Virus record (IMG/VR): IMGVR_UViG_3300033181_000003 | Span: 1-55,745 of that record | Source of the DNA: a virus | Lineage: Duplodnaviria; Caudoviricetes | DNA: 55,745 nt | Strand: one strand, 5' to 3' | Shown: positions 1 through 6,505 of the stretch, one piece after another | How the letters are laid out: the number at the start of each line of letters is the position of its first letter | Numbering within the stretch: the stretch's first letter is position 1 | Program-made: the position numbers and the translations under genes | The notes under the pieces: generated by a model | The model's database searches: none | What the model was told of the DNA's origin: nothing | What the model saw: only the letters and a program-made list of their open reading frames with translations

Positions 1-1
1 A

Positions 2-67
2 CTCCGTGCGTGCAACGCGTCCTTTGAGCTCACAGGCACCGCCGCGGGCTTCTCCTTCGCCGACTGA
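2..67 (+). CDS. 3' end of upstream host gene (partial, product unknown)
   Basis: Open frame from the window edge (LRACNASFELTGTAAGFSFAD) ending in TGA at 65-67, just upstream of the efp start. Confidence 0.4.
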   Translation, partial: LRACNASFELTGTAAGFSFAD

Positions 68-92
68 GCATCGGCTGTCCAGGCCTGGCGAG

Positions 93-98
93 TAGCCT
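93..98 (+). promoter_or_regulatory. Putative -10 element of the host efp (leaderless) promoter
   Basis: TAGCCT (TAnnnT) lies 7 nt upstream of GTG 106, the typical actinobacterial leaderless geometry. Confidence 0.45.
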
Positions 99-103
99 GC
101 CGG

Positions 104-145
104 AGGTGATCAGCACCAATCAGTTCAGGATGGTGTGCGCCTGCA
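104..145. other. attL (host B arm + phage P' arm), predicted crossover TT at 124-125
   Basis: Shares ACCAA(T/C)CAGTTCA with 55613-55625. TGGT 131-134 and CCTGCA 140-145 are inverted copies of ACCA 55613-55616 and TGCAGG 55602-55607. Confidence 0.8.
106..126 (+). pseudogene. efp: Stranded original 5' end of host efp (MISTNQF), cut off by prophage integration
   Basis: GTG ATC AGC ACC AAT CAG TTC matches the STNQF of the EF-P at 55601 and joins in frame to KSGNHIEV after excision. Confidence 0.85.
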
Positions 146-662
146 ACGGCAGACTGGGGCACCCGTGTCCATTGACTCGTGGGATGGCATTCCGGTCGTC
201 TTCCGCAATGCCCCCGCCGCCGAGTGGCTTTACCGATTCTACGGTGAGGAGAACCTGCTCTACGCCGGCATCACCCGCAAGGGGGCCACTCGGTTTGAGG
301 GCCATCGCAAGGACAAGGCTTGGTGGCCGCACGTCAGGCGCATCGAGGTTGAGTGCTTCCCCGACCGGAGCGCCGCCTGTCTAGCGGAGATCAATGCGAT
401 CGAGGCGGAGCAGCCTTGTTTCAACGTCGCCGACCGTGGCGCCTACGCCGCCCAGGCCGCTCGCTACAACGAGGCTCATCGCAAGGTCCTGCGGGAACTC
501 AACGAGGTCCGGTCTCGGGTCGCGGAGTTGGAACGCGAGACCGCCGAGCTGCGCGCCGCTTTACGCGGTGAGGCGCCGGATTGGATGCGCCTGGTAGAGC
601 ACGAGGCGGAGAACGTCATCACCCTCGTGCCGCTTCATTTGCGCCCGGGCGAGGCAGCGTGA
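135..662 (+). CDS. GIY-YIG nuclease family protein with C-terminal coiled coil (real start may be GTG 165)
   Basis: WLYRFY...LLYAGIT...RFEGH...WW...E...AE..AI..E.P.FN pattern of actinobacterial small GIY-YIG proteins. Confidence 0.75.
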   Translation: MRLQRQTGAPVSIDSWDGIPVVFRNAPAAEWLYRFYGEENLLYAGITRKGATRFEGHRKDKAWWPHVRRIEVECFPDRSAACLAEINAIEAEQPCFNVADRGAYAAQAARYNEAHRKVLRELNEVRSRVAELERETAELRAALRGEAPDWMRLVEHEAENVITLVPLHLRPGEAA

Positions 663-665
663 ATC

Positions 666-711
666 GCGGTCTCCAAAACCGCAACGTCAGGTTCGACTCC
701 TGGGTCCCCCG
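666..711 (+). pseudogene. 3' fragment of tRNA-Trp(CCA)
   Basis: Anticodon arm GCGGT-CTCCAAA-ACCGC, T arm TCAGG-TTCGACT-CCTGG, 3' acceptor strand and G discriminator. No complementary 5' acceptor strand or D arm upstream. Confidence 0.75.
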
Positions 712-722
712 TCCAGCGCTTC

Positions 723-744
723 AGCCCGTAACCACGGGCTTTTC
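723..744 (+). terminator. Intrinsic terminator after the tRNA-Trp fragment
   Basis: AGCCCGT-AACC-ACGGGCT hairpin followed by TTT. Confidence 0.6.
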
Positions 745-830
745 GGCCGTTTCAGCCTGTGTTGTTCCCGGGCCAGTGGTGGGCTGGGAAGGGTCACCGG
801 GGGTCAGTCAGACCCTCCAGCAGGGGGTCG

Positions 831-852
831 CCGGTAGCAAACCGGTCACAAA
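831..852. repeat. 11-bp tandem direct repeat resembling tyrosine-integrase arm-type sites
   Basis: CCGGTAGCAAA CCGGTCACAAA about 120 bp downstream of the tRNA fragment. Confidence 0.4.
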
Positions 853-876
853 CGGGCCGGCAGGGGAGCCCACCCG

Positions 877-1098
877 ATGACTCTCTGGGGGTCCAATGGC
901 GACAGCGGGCCGTGGGCCCTCGACATTCACGGCTTCCGCTCCCGCAACTTTAGCCCCCGCATCATCGTCGTCTTGAGTGACAACGAGGAGTGCGCTGCGG
1001 CGGCCCTATCGCCGGAGAAGGCCCGTCAGGCTGCGGTTGAGCTGCTAGCTCAGGCTGATGCTTGCGAGCGCGACGCCGAACACGAGTCGGGGGACTGA
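877..1098 (+). CDS. Hypothetical phage protein
   Basis: ATG with upstream GGGGAG, protein-like composition. Confidence 0.5.
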   Translation: MTLWGSNGDSGPWALDIHGFRSRNFSPRIIVVLSDNEECAAAALSPEKARQAAVELLAQADACERDAEHESGD

Positions 1099-1101
1099 GG
1101 A

Positions 1102-1194
1102 TTGCCCAAGGTCATCGGCAACGCGATCCCCCCGGCACTGGCCTCGGCGGCGCTCGGGGCGGTCCTCACGGCGCGTGAGCGGGTGGCGGCATGA
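1102..1194 (+). pseudogene. C-terminal remnant of a C5-cytosine DNA methyltransferase
   Basis: Reads LPKVIGNAIPPALASAALGAVLTARERVAA*. IGNA(I/V)PP is motif X of C5-MTases; the other motifs are absent. Confidence 0.55.
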
Positions 1195-1406
1195 AGGTCA
1201 ACGAGGACGCCGAGCAGCATCCCGCCGACGCAAGGCTCAGCGACATGACCGCCGACCGTGACCGTTGGATTCGCCTGTTCAACCGGCTGGACGCGGCCGT
1301 GGCCCGCCACCGGGACGCCTGCGCGACGGAGGCCGCGCTGCTCGAGGACCACGAGAGGCTGCACCGTGCCCACGCCCAGGTACTCAAGGCGGCGGGTGAG
1401 CGATGA
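1191..1406 (+). CDS. Hypothetical phage protein
   Basis: ATGA-coupled to neighbours in an operon. Confidence 0.6.
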   Translation: MKVNEDAEQHPADARLSDMTADRDRWIRLFNRLDAAVARHRDACATEAALLEDHERLHRAHAQVLKAAGER

Positions 1407-1591
1407 GCTGGGCCCGACTTGACGCAACGAACTATGTAGCTGGGCTGATGCGCATCCTCGAAGTGCGCGGAGCGATCGCGTCTGTGGCGCTGAGTCACCC
1501 GGGAGCGTGTCGCTGCGATGTATGCAAGGCGAGCCGTGGCGATAACGATGCGCTTGCGCGGGTGATGGTGGAGATGGAGGAGAGGCGATGA
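1403..1591 (+). CDS. Small Zn-finger-like hypothetical protein
   Basis: ATGA coupling; H..CxCxxC motif. Confidence 0.6.
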   Translation: MSWARLDATNYVAGLMRILEVRGAIASVALSHPGACRCDVCKASRGDNDALARVMVEMEERR

Positions 1592-1830
1592 CCTGGCTGA
1601 CCTGGACGGTGCAGGGCCTCTGGCTGGTCTGCATGTGGCGTCTCGGCGTCAGGATGATGGTCGGCGGGGCCAAAGCACGCCAGGACGGCCTCGCCGCTCA
1701 ACGTGACGGCATGGAGGCCTACGAGGAGGCTGCGAGGGTCATGGACCTGGCCAGGGCGATCCACGACGCCGGCATTGCGGAGCACAACTCGGCGATGGCG
1801 TTGGTGCAGGAGTGGACGGTGCCCCGGTGA
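1588..1830 (+). CDS. Hypothetical protein with hydrophobic N-terminus
   Basis: ATGA coupling, GGAGG RBS. Confidence 0.55.
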   Translation: MTWLTWTVQGLWLVCMWRLGVRMMVGGAKARQDGLAAQRDGMEAYEEAARVMDLARAIHDAGIAEHNSAMALVQEWTVPR

Positions 1831-2162
1831 AGCGCACCCCGCTCACCCGCACCCGCGCCCAGCCACGTCGGCGCCCGGTGTCCCCCGCGAGCCCCGCCCA
1901 ACGGGCGACGGTCAAGGATCAGCCCTGCCTTGTCTGCGGTGGCGGCCCATGCCAGCCCGCCCACGTCATCCCGCGTGCACAGGGGGGCTGTGACGACCCG
2001 CCCTGCGTCGTCCCCCTCTGCCCGGCTGACCACCGTGCCTATGACGAGGGCCGGGTGGACCTGCTCCCCTACCTGGCGTTGGCGGTGCAGGCCCATGCGG
2101 CGGGGCATGTGGGGCTTGTGAGGGCTTTGAGACGGACCACCAACACAAGGGAGGCGGCGTGA
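1827..2162 (+). CDS. HNH-like endonuclease
   Basis: CLVC...AHVIPRAQGG....VVPLC..DH motif; GTGA-coupled start. Confidence 0.75.
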   Translation: MKRTPLTRTRAQPRRRPVSPASPAQRATVKDQPCLVCGGGPCQPAHVIPRAQGGCDDPPCVVPLCPADHRAYDEGRVDLLPYLALAVQAHAAGHVGLVRALRRTTNTREAA

Positions 2163-2305
2163 ATCCCGCCCGATGCTCTAAGTGCGGCAGGCATTCGGCG
2201 CCACGAATCCTAGGCGTCGCCCCTCACGGCTGGTTCAAGGTCCAAGACCCACGAGACGGCAGCCACGTTTATGTCTGTAACCGATGCAAGCCGGAGCAGC
2301 GATGA
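2159..2305 (+). CDS. Small Zn-ribbon protein (48 aa, below the ORF-track cutoff)
   Basis: MNPARCSKC...VCNRCKPEQR*, coupled by GTGA and ATGA on both sides. Confidence 0.6.
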   Translation: MNPARCSKCGRHSAPRILGVAPHGWFKVQDPRDGSHVYVCNRCKPEQR

Positions 2306-2874
2306 CGCCCGAACCGGCCCACGGCAACCTTGACCTGGCGATGCGCCAGGTGCTAGCCGAGCTCGAACTGACCTCCCACGGCTCCACCCAGTCGTGGAAC
2401 AGCTCAGGGCATGGTGGTGAGAGCGTCAACGTGTTCCCGCCCGGGGAGTCCTCACCGCCGCACATTGAGTGGCGGGAACGTTACGAACGGGCCACCACGG
2501 ATGATGCACGCCAATGGGTGATCGATGATGCTGGGCGGGCTCTGAGGGGTATCATCCGCCGGGCGAAGGTGACCGTGGCCAGTGGGGAGTCTGAGAAGCA
2601 GTTTGCGGCCCGGGTGATTTCCACGGGTCGTGGGTTTGGGGTGGGGGAGGTGGCGACGGCGATGCGTTGCACCCCGACACGGGTCCGGCGGATCAGGTTG
2701 GCGAATGGGGTGTCCCTGGAGTTCGGGCTGGCGTTGGCCGTGGAAGCGCCCGATGCGGACGCCGAGCGCCGGGCTCGCACGCTCGCCGAGCAGGGGATGT
2801 CGGTGCGGCAGATAGGGCTGCTGACCGGGATGTCGAAGGATCGCGTGCATCGGATGCTCGGGAAGGCGGCATGA
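2302..2874 (+). CDS. HTH DNA-binding protein, candidate late-gene activator
   Basis: Two HTH-like segments (GVGEVATAMRCTPTRVRR; GMSVRQIGLLTGMSKDRVHRML); last gene before the putative late promoter. Confidence 0.6.
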   Translation: MTPEPAHGNLDLAMRQVLAELELTSHGSTQSWNSSGHGGESVNVFPPGESSPPHIEWRERYERATTDDARQWVIDDAGRALRGIIRRAKVTVASGESEKQFAARVISTGRGFGVGEVATAMRCTPTRVRRIRLANGVSLEFGLALAVEAPDADAERRARTLAEQGMSVRQIGLLTGMSKDRVHRMLGKAA

Positions 2875-2884
2875 GCCCCCCGGT

Positions 2885-2913
2885 TTGGCTTCCGTCCCGT
2901 GGGGCGCTATCAT
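2885..2913 (+). promoter_or_regulatory. Putative late promoter
   Basis: TTGGCT-17 nt-TATCAT in an intergenic gap ahead of the long plus-strand morphogenesis operon. Confidence 0.45.
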
Positions 2914-2977
2914 CTGCGACAGCGCGTCCTAAGCCCCTGCCCGCTCCCCCGAAGCATCATCCCGGGAGGTTCCGCAA

Positions 2978-3193
2978 GTGGGCAACATTGACCTTGCCTC
3001 CCGAATCCTCGGCTGGCATCTCGGGCTCGGCGATCTCAACCAGCCCCACCGTTGCAAGACCTACCAGAACGGCTGCGTTTGCCCGGTGTGTCAAGCCCAT
3101 CGTGAGCAGGTCCGCCTGAGGGGCTTCACCCCTGAGGGCAAGCTCGCCGCGTTGCCGCCGAAGCGTCAGCCGTGGGGCGCAGAGGCCGCGTAG
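2978..3193 (+). CDS. Small Cys-rich hypothetical protein
   Basis: GGAGG RBS; Y.NGC.C..C motif. Confidence 0.6.
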   Translation: MGNIDLASRILGWHLGLGDLNQPHRCKTYQNGCVCPVCQAHREQVRLRGFTPEGKLAALPPKRQPWGAEAA

Positions 3194-3202
3194 CACCAAT
3201 CG

Positions 3203-3273
3203 TGCGGGGCGGGATGGTTCCCAGCCCGGGCTCATAACCCGGCGCTCCCCCGGTTCGACCCCGGGCCCCGCTA
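3203..3273 (+). tRNA. tRNA-Met(CAT), initiator-like, with reduced D-loop
   Basis: Acceptor TGCGGGG/CCCCGCT (1:72 mismatch), anticodon arm CCGGG-CTCATAA-CCCGG with three G-C pairs, T arm CCCGG-TTCGACC-CCGGG, D hairpin GGGA-TGGT-TCCC; CCA not encoded. Confidence 0.75.
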
Positions 3274-3343
3274 TGGGCAGCGCTGGCGTTTCCCTGTGCG
3301 CGCCAGCCCTGCCCAGCATCTTCTCTCGACGGGAGGCCTCCCA

Positions 3344-3499
3344 ATGGCCCGCGATGACCCCTCCATCTGCTGCATCTGTGAGAAGCCAATCAAGGGAGCC
3401 TGCCGCCACCCGTGGAACCTCGCGTTCGCCCAGTGGCCCCAGGTGCAACTCCAAGCCCTCCAACGGATGCTGAGTGCTGAGCCCCATCCCGGCTCCTGA
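3344..3499 (+). CDS. Small hypothetical protein
   Basis: GGAGG RBS then ATG; CxxC motif. Confidence 0.45.
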   Translation: MARDDPSICCICEKPIKGACRHPWNLAFAQWPQVQLQALQRMLSAEPHPGS

Positions 3500-3527
3500 C
3501 CTACCTCAGCAGCACCCCCTTTCCATC

Positions 3528-3833
3528 ATGGCTACCACCACTCGGCCGGTATCGCTCACGGCCATACACGTCACCCTCGAAGCAGTCCCGACCCTCCCGA
3601 GGGATGGCCGTCGCTGCACCCACCCGGACTGCATCACCCTCCTGGAGCGTCACAACCCGGGCCCCGAGTGCCACGCCCACACCCCCGAGGAACGGCAGTG
3701 GTATCCGAAGGGGATTGACCCTGAGAAGCGTCACCCGTTGCCGGCACCAAGGGCACCAGCGTCAGCCGTGGGAGCTCCGCGCACGCGCCGCGTGAGTAGC
3801 ACCCGATCTGCGCCCCGACCCCACCCCGACTGA
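3528..3833 (+). CDS. Hypothetical Zn-binding protein
   Basis: CTHPDC...CHAH motif. Confidence 0.5.
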   Translation: MATTTRPVSLTAIHVTLEAVPTLPRDGRRCTHPDCITLLERHNPGPECHAHTPEERQWYPKGIDPEKRHPLPAPRAPASAVGAPRTRRVSSTRSAPRPHPD

Positions 3834-3849
3834 AAGCGGTCCAGAACCC

Positions 3850-4221
3850 ATGAGCACATCCCCGGACACCACGACGGAGCCTGCCCCCGAGGAGGCGTCC
3901 GTGCCTGACGCCCCGGCTTCTACTGGCGCGCCGATCCTGCTCGGCAACACGAGCGTGGTCGAGCCGTTCAAGCCCGACCCGGACACCGACGTGATCGAGC
4001 ACCGGTCACGGGAGGACCTGGGCAACCAGGTCACGACGATCACCCCGGGCGGCGGAAAGCTGGCCGAGGTGTTCGCGGAGATCGTCGCCCTGTGGCAGCA
4101 CCACAGCCTTGACCCGCCGGCATGGGTGAAGAGCGCTGACAAGGACCTTGAGGGGCTTTTGGCCCGGCACTTTGGGTGCCGGACTGGCCGGCCCCAGGAC
4201 TGGACGGAGGGCACGGCATGA
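3850..4221 (+). CDS. Hypothetical phage protein
   Basis: Strong GC3 coding bias; ATGA-coupled to the next gene. Confidence 0.7.
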   Translation: MSTSPDTTTEPAPEEASVPDAPASTGAPILLGNTSVVEPFKPDPDTDVIEHRSREDLGNQVTTITPGGGKLAEVFAEIVALWQHHSLDPPAWVKSADKDLEGLLARHFGCRTGRPQDWTEGTA

Positions 4222-4610
4222 AGACGACTGTGGGTATCGACGCGATCTGCGGGCAGGTGCTGGGGACTGCGGCCCAGCCTGCCGCGTTCAACTTCATGGC
4301 GGTGACGGCGAGCGCGGTGGCCCCGGCGGCGGCTGACACGACCCTGGCGGGGGAGATCGCCACGGCTGGTGGGGGGCTGATTCGCGCCCAGGCGACGTAT
4401 GCGCACACGGCGGGGACGGCAACGGCGACGCTGACGAAGGCGTTTACCGCGAACGGGACGGACACGTTGCCGGTCACGATCAACAAGATCGGCGTCCTGA
4501 ACGCTACGGCTGTGGGGACGTTGGGTTTTGAGACGGCGTTGACGGCTGGGCCGACGTTGCAGGTGTCGGGTGATTCGGTCACGGTGACCGACACGCTCAC
4601 CGTCGGCTAG
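4218..4610 (+). CDS. Putative virion structural protein (beta-rich, fibre-attachment-like)
   Basis: GGAGG RBS; DTTLAGEI...KIGVLNA...GTL...GDS.TVT pattern seen in phage fibre/collar proteins. Confidence 0.6.
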   Translation: MKTTVGIDAICGQVLGTAAQPAAFNFMAVTASAVAPAAADTTLAGEIATAGGGLIRAQATYAHTAGTATATLTKAFTANGTDTLPVTINKIGVLNATAVGTLGFETALTAGPTLQVSGDSVTVTDTLTVG

Positions 4611-4624
4611 TAGCAGGCCAGCTT

Positions 4625-6499
4625 ATGGCCCTGCCGGAGTTGTTTGCCAACAACTTCACGACGACGCTGGGGGCTGCCGCCACGGCGGCGACGACGACGA
4701 TCACGACCGCTGCGGCTGCCCCGCCGGCGTTGCAGGGCACCGGGCAGTTTCGGATTGCGGTCGATAGCGAGTACATGCTGGTGACGGGTGGTGCGGCCAC
4801 GACGACGTGGACGGTCACGCGGGGTGCGGAGGGTTCCACTGCCGCCGCCCATTTGTCGGGGGCTGCGGTGCAGCACGAGTTGTCGGCGGGCGCGGTTGCC
4901 GGGTTGGCGTTGCTCGGGTCGGATGGGACGGTGGGCGGCCCATTGGGTAGCCCACTGTCGAGTCCAAGCGGCGTTGGTCTCCTAGAGGTATCCGGCAACT
5001 CCTATGCGGGCGGGGGTGGCGCCGATGAAGGCGGCGTCCAGTACGACATGCTCGACTACGCTGAGAAGCTTGCCCTGTCTCTTCCGGCGAGGCGGATGGA
5101 GAACCGTGGCCTCGGCGGCTCCATCTCATGCTGGCCTGAGGGGTCCCATCTTGGCGGGTACGCCTGGCATCTCCAGCAGCTACTAAGACACGGCTCGCCC
5201 GCTTCAGTGGGGGTGCCTGCCCCGGCAGCGCACGCTGTCGGTGATCCGTACCTGCCGGTCAGCCAGGTGTATGTGCATCACCATGCGCTCAATGACCTTG
5301 CGCAGCTCGGGTCGCTGAACCTTCGGCCGATGATCGAGGCGCACCGAACCATCTGGTCACGTATCTGCGCTGCGGTGATCCACGAGGACACCGACCCGGC
5401 GTGGGTGTTCACCGGGACCTGGGCGGCGCTTGCCAACACGGCAACCAACTCAGGGCCGCAGTTGAAGTACACGACCACGGTAAATGATAAGGCGACGCTC
5501 ACGCTGCTTTCGGACTATCCAGGCAGCCTCGTCGTTGCGATTGGCATATTCGTCAACGCTGGCGTAGCTCCTTCAACCATCGGGGTCAAGGTCGACGGTG
5601 TTTCCAGGCCCGACGTGACGGTCACCCCATCGGCAATTTGCGATCAGGCATCCGCGGGTCTCCACAACGGCATAGTGCTGCGCTACGGGAGGGGAATCAG
5701 CGGTGATCCTGTGCTCGCCGCCGGTGCTCACACGGTTGAGCTGACCCTGAAGTCCGGCCCCCAACTTGTCATTGATTACGGGCAGGTCGAGTCAGACCCG
5801 TTGGACGGGCCGATCATCGTGGTGCCGGGCGCCAACCGGCCGCTCTCCTACGCGCAGTGGAACAGCTTCCCGCATGGCCCGACCGCCGGGACCGACCCGC
5901 TCAACGATGCGTCTATCACGACTTGCAACACCCAGCTTCAGTCGCTCATCGCCGAGTTTCCGGGGCGGTGCGTGTTCGTTGACATTGACAGCGCGCTCGC
6001 CAGGAACCCTGCCTACTTTTTCACTGACAATACGCACCCCAACCCGCGCGGCCACGGCAAGATCGCCGCGACAATACGTGACGCCCTGGCCGTTTCTAGG
6101 CTACTGACGAGCCGGGTCCTCACGAGTCCGGCACCGCAGACCGCCAAGGCGTTCTGGATTCCGGTCGGCACGATGGCCCCGTCACTTGGCCCCGCGTTTC
6201 AGAACGGTTGGGCCAACTCTGGGGGCGCGCTCCCCGTCACCGCGTTTTACCGCGACCTTCAGGGCATCGTTTACGTCAAGGGGGCGGTGGGAGGCGGGAC
6301 AGCCGTGGGCAACACAATCTTCACGCTTCCCGCCGGGTACCGTCCGGGTGAGCCCCGCGACTTTGGAGCGATGGCAAACAACGGAGTCGCTAGCAACGCT
6401 GCCGTCGTCCGGGCGCAGAACGACGGGCAGGTGTTCTTCCCCGTTGGTGGAGCCACGAACTACAGCATGTTCAGTTTCTCCTTCCCCGCCGAGCAGTAG
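4625..6499 (+). CDS. Virion spike/fibre with SGNH (GDSL) esterase domain
   Basis: SGNSY, NRGLGGS, ALND and DNTHPN..GH blocks; C-terminal NGW...GIVYVKG...IFTLPAGYRP fibre domain; N-terminal VTRGAEG.TAAAH.SGA.V virion motif. Confidence 0.7.
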   Translation: MALPELFANNFTTTLGAAATAATTTITTAAAAPPALQGTGQFRIAVDSEYMLVTGGAATTTWTVTRGAEGSTAAAHLSGAAVQHELSAGAVAGLALLGSDGTVGGPLGSPLSSPSGVGLLEVSGNSYAGGGGADEGGVQYDMLDYAEKLALSLPARRMENRGLGGSISCWPEGSHLGGYAWHLQQLLRHGSPASVGVPAPAAHAVGDPYLPVSQVYVHHHALNDLAQLGSLNLRPMIEAHRTIWSRICAAVIHEDTDPAWVFTGTWAALANTATNSGPQLKYTTTVNDKATLTLLSDYPGSLVVAIGIFVNAGVAPSTIGVKVDGVSRPDVTVTPSAICDQASAGLHNGIVLRYGRGISGDPVLAAGAHTVELTLKSGPQLVIDYGQVESDPLDGPIIVVPGANRPLSYAQWNSFPHGPTAGTDPLNDASITTCNTQLQSLIAEFPGRCVFVDIDSALARNPAYFFTDNTHPNPRGHGKIAATIRDALAVSRLLTSRVLTSPAPQTAKAFWIPVGTMAPSLGPAFQNGWANSGGALPVTAFYRDLQGIVYVKGAVGGGTAVGNTIFTLPAGYRPGEPRDFGAMANNGVASNAAVVRAQNDGQVFFPVGGATNYSMFSFSFPAEQ

Positions 6500-6505
6500 C
6501 CTGCG

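Noticed and set aside
155-161. TGGGGCA / TGCCCCA (55582-55588) as outer att arms
   Set aside because: The two copies are not equidistant from the TT core (9 versus 13 bp beyond the inner arms) and may be chance in GC-rich DNA.
106-384. 92-aa ORF beginning MISTNQFRMV
   Set aside because: Chimeric read-through of the stranded efp start into phage DNA; it overlaps the GIY-YIG gene out of frame and is not protein-like after residue 7.
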